From Candidatus Eiseniibacteriota bacterium (GTDB lineage: Bacteria; Eisenbacteria; RBG-16-71-46): 64,000 bases of DNA. The notes beneath the pieces were generated by a model. The model was not told where the DNA came from. It made no database searches and was given only the letters and a program-made list of their open reading frames with translations. The position numbers and the translations under genes are program-made. Below are positions 56,290 to 64,000 of the stretch, piece by piece. The stretch lies in assembly GCA_963707915.1 (NCBI GenBank), contig OY970178.1, forward strand, positions 352,001 through 416,000, read 5' to 3'. Within the stretch, counting starts at the first letter, position 1; each line of letters starts with the position of its first letter.

Positions 56290-58605
56290 ATGAACGCGTT
56301 CCTGCTCCTGTCCACCCTGAACCTCTCGCTGGGCGGGCTCGTCTTCCTGCTGGGCTTCCTCATCCTGCGCGAGAACCCCGGGCAGCGGCTGAACCGCGTG
56401 GTCGCCCTGATGCTGTTCTTCGGCGGGTTGGGGGCGGTGTTCTCGGCGCTCTCCTTCATGGCCTCCCGGGGAGGCACCACGGCGGCCCCGGGCACGCTGC
56501 GCGACCTCTCCTACATGTGGGAGCTGTTCTTCCCCACGTTGTTCCTGTTCGCGAGCATCTTCCCCGAGGAGCGCGCCTTCGTGCGCCGCCCGCTGCTGCG
56601 GATCGGCCGCCGGTGGACCGTGGGGTTCACGCCCGTCCTCTTCGTCCCGCACGTCTTCCACTTCTTCTTCGTCCTGGCGGCCTCGTCGTGGCGCCCGGAC
56701 GTGCCGTCGGCGGGACTCGGGGCGTTCCACTACCTGGGCGCGCTGGCCACGCTGCTGGGGCTCGTGGTCAAGCTCTTCCTGTTCGTCCACCGCGCGCTGT
56801 TCTCGCTCGTGAACCTGGGTTTCGGGCTCGCCACCATGGCGCTGCTGTTCGACTCCTACCGGCGCGCCCGCGTGCCCCGCCTGCGCCAGCAGATCGGTGT
56901 CGTCGCGCTGGGGCTGTCCGCGAGCCTGGTGCTCTACAGCGCCGCCAGCTCGATCCCCACGCTGCTCGGCCTGCAGCTCGCGGAGGACCTGCGCGCGAGC
57001 CTGACGTTCGCCGCGCTGACGCTGGGCCCCGGCTCGATCGCCTACGCGGTGGTGCGGCACAAGTTCCTGGACGCGAAGCTGCTGGCGCGCCGGGGCATCC
57101 TCTACGCGCTCTCGTCCGCGGCGCTGGTCGGGCTCTACCTCGCGGTCGCCGCGCGGCTCACCCGGGCGCTGAGCGCCGCGGCCGGCACCGACGTGCGGGT
57201 CGTCGAGTCGGTGCTGCTGATCGTGGCGCTGGCCCTCTCGCAGCCCGCGGTGGCCTGGCTCGAGGCCATGCTCGACCGGGCGTTCCTCAAGGACCCCGGC
57301 GACTACCGCAACGTGCTGCGCCGCCTGGCCGGCGAGCTGCAGACCACCATCGACCTCGACGCCCTGCTCGGCCGCACCATCACCACGCTCACCGAGGCGA
57401 TGCTGCTGCGCACCGGGTACGTGGTGGTGTTCGGCCGGGGCGCGCCCATCGGCCGCAGCGGTGCCGGGGCGCCGCCCGACGCGGCGGCGCTCGAGCGGGT
57501 CGCCGCGCTGCTCGGGCGGGTGCCGCCGGGCGAGGGCAGCTTCCGGGTCGCGGACCCGGTCGAGGGGCTGGGCCCCGCGGACCGCGTGTTCCTGGCGTCG
57601 CTGGGGATCTCGCTGGTGGTGCCGCTGCGCTGGCAGGAGGAGCTGGTCGGGGCGCTGCTGCTGGGGGAGAAGCACACCGGCACGCCACTGACCTCGGAGG
57701 ACGCCGCGCTGCTCGCGACCCTGGCCGGCCAGGTCTCGGTCTCCCTGCAGAACGCGCTGCTGCTGAGCGACCGCGTGGCCGTGGCACGCTTCGAGGAGGA
57801 GCTCAACCTGGCGCGGCAGATCCAGCGCAACTCGCTGCTCTCGGAGTTCCCGGCGCTGCCGCGCTGCGAGGTGCACGCGCTCATGCTGCCCTCGAAGCAC
57901 GTGGGCGGGGACCTCTACGACGTGGTCGAAGCGGGCGACGGCTCGTGGTTCGTGGCCATCGCCGACGTCTCGGGCAAGGGCGTGCCGGCCGCGCTGCTGT
58001 CGTCGATGCTCCAGGCCTCGCTGCGCACGCAGGCGGCGAGCGTACGGTCGCCGGCCGAGATCCTGCGCAACATCAATCACCTGATGTACCGGAGCACGGC
58101 GGTCCAGCAGTTCGCCACCTTCTTCCTGGCCCGGCTGGACGGCGAGCGCCTGGAGCTGTCGTGCTCGAACGCCGGGCACAACTGGCCGGTGCTGCTGCGC
58201 CGCGGTCACGAGCGGCGCTTCCTCGAGCGCGGCGGGCTGGTGCTGGGGTTCCGGGAGGGCGCCGAGTTCGAGGAGGAGCGGGTGAGCCTGCTGCCCGGGG
58301 ACCTGCTGGTGCTCTACACCGACGGCATCAGCGAGGCGGCCCTCGCCAGCGGCGAGCAGTTCGGCGAGGAGCGGCTCTACGCGGCCCTGGCCGCGATGCC
58401 CGCGGCGCTGCCCGCGTGCGAGGTGGCGGCCCGCCTGCTCGCCACGCTGCGCGGGTTCCTGGACGGCGTCGAGCCGCAGGACGACATCACGCTGCTGGTG
58501 CTGAGGGTGCTGGAGCCGGTCGCTCAGCGGCCCGGCGTGGTGCCGGCGATGACCGAGTCGAGTTCCGCCGAGCTGGCCACGCGCAGCGCGCCATCCGGGC
58601 GGTAG
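56290..58605 (+). CDS. Membrane-anchored GAF plus PP2C/SpoIIE (RsbU-like) phosphatase
   Basis: Multi-TM N-terminus; GAF (VVPL..GALLLGEK..ED..LL.TLA.Q); VGGDLYD, IADVSGKG, NAGH, YTDGISEA, DDIT. Confidence 0.9.
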   Translation: MNAFLLLSTLNLSLGGLVFLLGFLILRENPGQRLNRVVALMLFFGGLGAVFSALSFMASRGGTTAAPGTLRDLSYMWELFFPTLFLFASIFPEERAFVRRPLLRIGRRWTVGFTPVLFVPHVFHFFFVLAASSWRPDVPSAGLGAFHYLGALATLLGLVVKLFLFVHRALFSLVNLGFGLATMALLFDSYRRARVPRLRQQIGVVALGLSASLVLYSAASSIPTLLGLQLAEDLRASLTFAALTLGPGSIAYAVVRHKFLDAKLLARRGILYALSSAALVGLYLAVAARLTRALSAAAGTDVRVVESVLLIVALALSQPAVAWLEAMLDRAFLKDPGDYRNVLRRLAGELQTTIDLDALLGRTITTLTEAMLLRTGYVVVFGRGAPIGRSGAGAPPDAAALERVAALLGRVPPGEGSFRVADPVEGLGPADRVFLASLGISLVVPLRWQEELVGALLLGEKHTGTPLTSEDAALLATLAGQVSVSLQNALLLSDRVAVARFEEELNLARQIQRNSLLSEFPALPRCEVHALMLPSKHVGGDLYDVVEAGDGSWFVAIADVSGKGVPAALLSSMLQASLRTQAASVRSPAEILRNINHLMYRSTAVQQFATFFLARLDGERLELSCSNAGHNWPVLLRRGHERRFLERGGLVLGFREGAEFEEERVSLLPGDLLVLYTDGISEAALASGEQFGEERLYAALAAMPAALPACEVAARLLATLRGFLDGVEPQDDITLLVLRVLEPVAQRPGVVPAMTESSSAELATRSAPSGR

Positions 58606-60098
58606 ACCGCGTAGCGGTAGGGCTCGGGCAGCGGGCGGTAGTCGGCGACGAACCGCACGCTGTCCACCTGCGGCAGGAAGACGCGGACGGCCAGGCCGTC
58701 GAACAGCGCCGTGCGCACGTTCCGCTCGAAGTAGCCCTCGGCCGCGCCGCCGGCGAGCGAGCGCCCGATCGGGGACCAGAGCAGCAGCCGGGTGCCGGCG
58801 GGGAGCGCGGCGCCGCGCAGCGCCGCGACGGCCCGCTCCGCGATGAGCGCGCGGTCCACCACGGCGTCGGCGCGCAGCGCGGGCGCCGCCGCGAAGGGCA
58901 TGGTCTCGATCTTGCGGGCCAGCATCCCGCCGTTCACCGCCAGCAGCGCGACGGCGGCCACGCCCAGTCCCCAGGCGAGCGGGCCGCTGTCCGCGCGGCC
59001 GGGCGCGACGGGCGCGGGCGGCCCCTTCCGTTCCGGCTCCACCCCGCGGTCCCGGCGCGGGAGGTGCTCGAGCAGCAGGTCGATGGCGGCCGCCACGCAC
59101 CAGGCCAGGCCCGCCAGCGGGGCGTAGAGGTAGTAGTGGTAGGTGTGGTGCGCGAGCGGGAGCGCGGGAAGCAGCAGGGCGAGGTAGAGCGCGCCCGCCG
59201 CCAGCCAGCCGCGGCGCCGGAGCCCGGGGGAGAGGAGCCCCGCCAGCCACAGGGCGAGCAACCCGGCGCCCCAGCCGTAGACCAGCGGGTCGGCCCCGTC
59301 CTGGAAGCGGCGCACCGTGGGCAGCAGGAAGTTCGCGCTCCAGCCCAGGTAGGACGCGAGGTTCGCCAGCAGGCCCGGGCCGAGGTCGACCCCGTAGGCG
59401 CCCGGGCCCGACCGCGTCCCCAGCGTGTCGGCGGCGATCACGTACCCGCCCAGCGCGACCGCGAGGGCGGCCAGCGCAAGGACGAGCGGGTCGCGCCAGG
59501 CCCGCGCCCCGCGGCCCGGCCGCCGACGCGGGTCGCCGCGCAGCAGCGGCACGAGCGCGAGGGGCAGCAGGAGCACCGATTCCCGGGCGAGCAGGGCCGC
59601 CGCGAAGAGCGGCAACGCGAGCCAGCGCGCCGGCCCATCGCGCAGCGCCGTGGCGATCACGGCGAGGCCGAGCAGCAGGGCCAGCGGCGCGCCGACCGCC
59701 GAGACCCAGTAGGCGGCCGCGTAGTGGGACGGGTGCGCGGCGAAGAAGCCGGCGCCGACGAGCGCCGCCGGGGTCGAGAGCCGGCGCCGCAGCAGGGCGT
59801 ACAGCGCGACCGAGCAGGCGGCGTGCAGCAACAGGCTCGCCGCGTGGTAGCCGCGCGGGTCGAGCCCCGCGATCGGCCGCATGAGATCGAAGTAGAGCTG
59901 GCCCGAGAGCAGGCGCCAGGGACCGTGCAGGCGCGGCAGGAGCCCCGCCGCCCGGGCCAGCGCGGGGAAGTCGTCCGCCGAGAAGAAGTAGCCGAGCGCG
60001 CCGCGGAAGACCCAGAGGGCGACCGCGGCGACCAGCAGGCCGCCGAGCAGGCCGGTCGCGGCCCGCGATCGCGGGGAGGATGCGGGAGTGCCGAGCAT
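58524..60098 (-). CDS. Polytopic membrane protein, probable GT-C glycosyltransferase
   Basis: F.ADDF after TM1, WRLL, YH..SLLLH, FAAHP....YW, ARES, YLY.P. Confidence 0.65.
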   Translation of the reverse strand: MLGTPASSPRSRAATGLLGGLLVAAVALWVFRGALGYFFSADDFPALARAAGLLPRLHGPWRLLSGQLYFDLMRPIAGLDPRGYHAASLLLHAACSVALYALLRRRLSTPAALVGAGFFAAHPSHYAAAYWVSAVGAPLALLLGLAVIATALRDGPARWLALPLFAAALLARESVLLLPLALVPLLRGDPRRRPGRGARAWRDPLVLALAALAVALGGYVIAADTLGTRSGPGAYGVDLGPGLLANLASYLGWSANFLLPTVRRFQDGADPLVYGWGAGLLALWLAGLLSPGLRRRGWLAAGALYLALLLPALPLAHHTYHYYLYAPLAGLAWCVAAAIDLLLEHLPRRDRGVEPERKGPPAPVAPGRADSGPLAWGLGVAAVALLAVNGGMLARKIETMPFAAAPALRADAVVDRALIAERAVAALRGAALPAGTRLLLWSPIGRSLAGGAAEGYFERNVRTALFDGLAVRVFLPQVDSVRFVADYRPLPEPYRYAVYRPDGALRVASSAELDSVIAGTTPGR

Positions 60099-60317
60099 GT
60101 CCGCGCATCATATCAATGACCGGCGCGGGCCGCCTCCGGGAGGCCACGCGGGTCGGTCGGCCGGGCGGGCCGGGCGCCGCCATGACATCCGCGCGCGGTG
60201 GGGCTATCGTACGCCCCGCGCGGGGGCGTCCGCGCGGTCGCCGCGCGACCCGGGAGGCGGTTCCACCGGGCGCGCGGGCGGGATCGCGGGAGGGGACCCG
60301 GCGAGGGAGGACGATCG

Positions 60318-61382
60318 ATGGGACCGTGGCCGATGTCGAGATGGCTGTCGTGCGCGCTGCTGCTCGCGTTCCTGGCCGGGCCGCCGCCCGCGGCCGGGGA
60401 GCCGGCGCCGCCCGCGCTCGAGGACCAGTTGCGCGAGCTGAAGGCGGCGAACGAGGACCTCAACCACCGCCTGGACGAACTGGCCAAGTCGGTCGACGAC
60501 GTGGCGTTCTTCGTCCGGCTCGGCGACGTGGCCGAGGTGGACAAGTGGCGCATCACCGGCCCGCCGCCCGCGAACGTGAAGAACCCGCAGGCCGCGGGCG
60601 CGACCAACCCGGTCAAGTTCTACACCTACACGTTCGTCCCGAAGAACCGCAAGCCGGGGGAGAAGCTGCCGATGCTGATGCTCCCCCATGGCGGCGTGCA
60701 CGCCGACTTCACCACCTACCACGTGCACATCCTGAAGGAGCTGCTCGCCCAGGGCTACGTCGTCGTCGCGCCCGAGTACCGCGGCTCGACCGGCTACGGC
60801 GGGGGCTTCTACCGGCTGATCGACTACGGCGGCCGCGAGGTGGACGACTGCCACGCGGCCGTGCAGTGGGCGCTCGAGAACTTCGACTTCATCGACCGCG
60901 ACCGCGTCGGCCTCATCGGCTGGAGCCACGGCGGGCTGATCGTGCTGTTCGAGGCGTTCCAGCACCCGAAGGACTACCAGTGCGTCTTCGCCGGCGTGCC
61001 GGTCTCGGACCTGGTGCAGCGCATGGGCTATTCCGACGACGAGTACCGCGGACTGTTCAGCGCGCCGTACCACATCGGCAAGACCGCCGAGCAGGACCTC
61101 GAGGAGTACCAGAAGCGCTCGCCGGCGTGGCACGTGGACAAGCTCCAGATCCCGCTGCGCATCCACACCAACACCAACGACGAGGACGTGCGCTACGTCG
61201 AGGTCCAGCACCTGATCGAGGCGCTCAAAGCGGCGGGGAAGCAGTTCGAGGTCAAGGTCTTCCAGGATGCGCCCGGCGGTCACAGCATGGACCGCCTCGA
61301 CACCGCGCTCGCGAAGGACGCGCGGCGCGAGATCTACCGCTTCCTGGCGAAGTACCTGAAGCCGCCGCGGCCGGCGAAGTAG
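60318..61382 (+). CDS. Secreted S9 (prolyl oligopeptidase family) serine hydrolase
   Basis: Signal peptide; HGG, EYRGSTGYG, GWSHGG (Ser), DEDV (Asp), GGH (His); GGAGG RBS. Confidence 0.88.
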   Translation: MGPWPMSRWLSCALLLAFLAGPPPAAGEPAPPALEDQLRELKAANEDLNHRLDELAKSVDDVAFFVRLGDVAEVDKWRITGPPPANVKNPQAAGATNPVKFYTYTFVPKNRKPGEKLPMLMLPHGGVHADFTTYHVHILKELLAQGYVVVAPEYRGSTGYGGGFYRLIDYGGREVDDCHAAVQWALENFDFIDRDRVGLIGWSHGGLIVLFEAFQHPKDYQCVFAGVPVSDLVQRMGYSDDEYRGLFSAPYHIGKTAEQDLEEYQKRSPAWHVDKLQIPLRIHTNTNDEDVRYVEVQHLIEALKAAGKQFEVKVFQDAPGGHSMDRLDTALAKDARREIYRFLAKYLKPPRPAK

Positions 61383-61425
61383 CCGGGGCCGGCGTGGCGC
61401 CGGGCGACGAGCCGCGGCGCCACGC

Positions 61426-62640
61426 CTACGCCTCCGGCGGGGACGGCGCGGCTTGCGGGTCGCTGCCGAAGGCCGCGTGCTTCGCGGCGATGGCGTCCGC
61501 CAGGCGGTCGAGCGCCTCGAGGTCGGCGGGCTTCGGCAGCCCCCGGGCCGTGATCGGCTCGAACCAGTCGAGCTTGAGCGCGGGCATCAGGGCGGTGAGC
61601 TGGGCGACGGTCTTCCCGCCCCAGCCGTAGGAGCCGATGACGGCGCCGTGGCGCGCCCGGGGCTTGAGCAGGTTCGCCACGAAGGCGGCGTTGGCGACCA
61701 GCGGGTGCGCGCCGCCCACCACGGTGGGCGATCCGAGCACCAGCGTGCCCGCGTCCACCAGCGCGACCGCGAACTTGCCGAGGTCGGCGGTGGCGAGGTT
61801 GAAGAGGTCCACGCCCACGCCGCGCTCGATCAGCCCCTCGGCGAGGCGCTGCGCCATGAGCCGCGTGGAGTCGTGCATCGAGGCGTACGCGATCACCACG
61901 CGCTCGCCCGGCCGGTCGGCGACCCAGCCCTGGTAGGCGTCGAGGATGGCCCGCGGCCGGCGCAGCACTGGCCCGTGGCTCGGGCAGATGGTGGCGACCG
62001 GGAGCGCGGTCACGCGCGGCAGGTTGCCGCGGATCACGCCGCGGTAGGGCATCATGATCTCGGCGAAGTAGCGCCTGGCGGCCTCCATGGCGACGTGGTC
62101 GTCGGGCGCCGCCAGGTCGCCGACCGCGAGGTGGGCGCCGAAGAGGTCGCAGGAGAACAGCACGCGGTCCGGCTCGAGCCAGGTGAGCATGGTCTCGGGC
62201 CAGTGCACCCAGGGGAAGTGGATGAAGCGCAGCGTGCGCCCGCCCAGCTCGAGGGCCGCGCCGTCCTCGGCCGGCAGGAACCGCTCCGCCGGGATGGACA
62301 GCAGGTCCGCGAGCAGGCCCTGGCCCTTGGGGGTCGCGACCACCCGCGCCTCGGGATGGCGCGCGAGCACCGCCGGGATGGCGCCGGAGTGGTCCTGCTC
62401 GGCGTGGTTCGAGATCACGTAGTCGATCCGCGTCGTCCCGAGCGCCGCGAGCCGCTCGAGCAGCACGCCCGCGAAGGCGGGGTCCACCGAGTCGATGAGC
62501 GCGGTCTTCTCGGCGCCCTTCACCAGGTAGGCGTTGTAGCTCGTGCCGTCGGGCAGCGGGATGAGCTCGTCGAAGGTGCGGCGGTCCCAGTCGATCGCCC
62601 CCACCCAGTGGATCCCGTCGGTCAGCGTGCGGCTCGGCAT
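61426..62640 (-). CDS. fprA: FprA family flavodiiron protein (class A)
   Basis: GTSYNAYL, NHAEQDHSG, HWPE, SCDLFG, PSHGP, flavodoxin domain GSYGWGG. Confidence 0.93.
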   Translation of the reverse strand: MPSRTLTDGIHWVGAIDWDRRTFDELIPLPDGTSYNAYLVKGAEKTALIDSVDPAFAGVLLERLAALGTTRIDYVISNHAEQDHSGAIPAVLARHPEARVVATPKGQGLLADLLSIPAERFLPAEDGAALELGGRTLRFIHFPWVHWPETMLTWLEPDRVLFSCDLFGAHLAVGDLAAPDDHVAMEAARRYFAEIMMPYRGVIRGNLPRVTALPVATICPSHGPVLRRPRAILDAYQGWVADRPGERVVIAYASMHDSTRLMAQRLAEGLIERGVGVDLFNLATADLGKFAVALVDAGTLVLGSPTVVGGAHPLVANAAFVANLLKPRARHGAVIGSYGWGGKTVAQLTALMPALKLDWFEPITARGLPKPADLEALDRLADAIAAKHAAFGSDPQAAPSPPEA

Positions 62641-62722
62641 CGTCTCGCCCTCCCCAGGTTCGTGGTCGTGGCCGTCGCGACGATCCGGGCGAAGCGCGCG
62701 GAGCGTGGCAAGCCGGGCGCCG

Positions 62723-63982
62723 TCAGAGCACGCGGTCGAGCGCGGCGACCAGCCGGCCGACCTCGTCCGCGGTGTTGGTGTGGACCATGCTCGCCCTGAC
62801 GACGCCGTTGCACCGGTGCAGGCCGAGGGCCTCGATCGCCCGGTGGGCGTAGAAGTGCCCGTAGCGCACCGCGATCCGCTCGGCGTCCAGCAAGGCGGGG
62901 ATCCCGCCCGAGTCGCGGCCCTCGGCCACGAACGAGACCGTCGGCGCGCGGTCGGCGTCGGCCGCGGCGCGGCCGAGGATGCGCACGCCCCGGCGCGAGC
63001 GCAGGAAGTCGAGCAGCGGCGCGACCAGGGCGGCCTCGTGGGCCGCGATGTCGCCGAAGACGCGCTCGAGCCGCGCGGGCTCGGGGGCGGCCGCGCCCGG
63101 GTGCAGGTGCCCGTCCAGCGCCAGCAGGTACTCGGGGATGGCCGGGAGCGCGGCCGCCAGTTCGTGGGGCACGCTGCCGGGCTCGAGCTTGCCGGGGATC
63201 TCGTGTTCGGGGACGAAGAAGTGGTTCCGTCCCCGGGCGCGCAGCAGCAGGTCCCGCCTGCCGTAGAGCATGCCGAGGTGGGGACCGAAGACCTTGTAGG
63301 CCGAGAGGAAGTAGAAGTCGGCGTCGAGCGCCTTCACGTCCACGCGCCGGTGCGGGGCGCAGGCGACCCCGTCGACGCAGGCCAGGGCACCGGCCTCGTG
63401 GACCCGGCGGATGATCGCCGCCGCGTCGTGGATGGTGCCCGCGAGGTTCGAGCAGTGGGTGAAGCAGACCAGCCGAGTACGTTGGCCGAGAATGGGTTCC
63501 AGTCCTTCGAGCGTCAGCTCGAGGCTCCCGGGGTCGAAGCCCCATTCGCGGATGACGAGACCGTCGGCCGCGAGCGCGCGCCAGGCCCCGATGTTGGCTT
63601 CGTGGTCGAGATTCGTCACCACGATCTCGTCGCCGGGGGAGAACAGCGGCGCCAGCGCGCGGGCCAGCGTGCCGACGTTCGCGGTGCTGGATGGGCCGAG
63701 GACGATCTCGTCGGGCGCGGCGTTCACCAGCCGCGCCATGGCGCGGCGCCCCTCGGCGACCAGCGCCGTGGCCGTGGCCGACTGCCGGTAGGTCGCGCCG
63801 AGCTGGACCTGCCAGCGGCTCATGTAGTCGCGCACCCGCTCGATCGCGCCCGCGAGCGGCACGCTCCCGCCGGCGTTGTCGAACAGCGCCCAGTCGTTCG
63901 ACAGGGCGGGGAAGTGGCTCCGTGCGAACGCGACGTCGAAGGCCGCCGACGCGCCGGGGTGGCCGGGCGTGGTCGGGCTCAC
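62723..63982 (-). CDS. Cysteine desulfurase-like class V aminotransferase
   Basis: FDNAGGS, DHEANIG.W, SN.AGT, VDGV..APH, SAYKVFGPH, GHFYA. Confidence 0.88.
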   Translation of the reverse strand: MSPTTPGHPGASAAFDVAFARSHFPALSNDWALFDNAGGSVPLAGAIERVRDYMSRWQVQLGATYRQSATATALVAEGRRAMARLVNAAPDEIVLGPSSTANVGTLARALAPLFSPGDEIVVTNLDHEANIGAWRALAADGLVIREWGFDPGSLELTLEGLEPILGQRTRLVCFTHCSNLAGTIHDAAAIIRRVHEAGALACVDGVACAPHRRVDVKALDADFYFLSAYKVFGPHLGMLYGRRDLLLRARGRNHFFVPEHEIPGKLEPGSVPHELAAALPAIPEYLLALDGHLHPGAAAPEPARLERVFGDIAAHEAALVAPLLDFLRSRRGVRILGRAAADADRAPTVSFVAEGRDSGGIPALLDAERIAVRYGHFYAHRAIEALGLHRCNGVVRASMVHTNTADEVGRLVAALDRVL

Positions 63983-64000
63983 GCGAAGAACACCGAGCGC

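Overview
This is a very GC-rich (roughly 70-75% by eye) chromosomal window from a diderm bacterium. The secreted beta-barrels, C-terminal TWG..Y tails and Cys-type CcmE suggest an FCB-associated candidate lineage such as Ca. Eisenbacteria (inference only). Most of it is housekeeping: mreBCD-mrdA-rodA-lgt-aroE-comF-cbiMQO-rarA; mrp-cysteine desulfurase-pdxST-nrnA-ccmABCDEF; a small-protein/DinB/DUF72 cassette; fba-fbp; xdhC-mocA-like-LOG-thyX; acyl-CoA dehydrogenase, ggt, a frameshifted E1 alpha/beta fusion, penicillin acylase, ROK, miaB, queF, a PP2C sensor, an S9 peptidase, fprA and a desulfurase-like gene. Four observations stand out. (1) At 51209-52791 an intact IS481-family element sits 2 bp from a polarised tandem array of three copies of its own ~51-bp end, and the end-to-end junction builds a correctly spaced sigma70 promoter pointing into the array; an HNH endonuclease gene lies next door. 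(2) A perfect ACTGCAC-N4-GTGCAGT palindrome fills the -35/-10 spacer of the dinB cassette (candidate LexA box). (3) Two unrelated exported proteins share a C-terminal TWG-x-[IL]-[KN]-x-[LM]-Y tail, one of them in an operon with a very large uncharacterised beta-barrel. (4) Two OMP genes have long structured leaders and a shared upstream motif. I recognised no rRNA, tRNA or CRISPR array. All calls come from reading motifs by eye; no searches were run.
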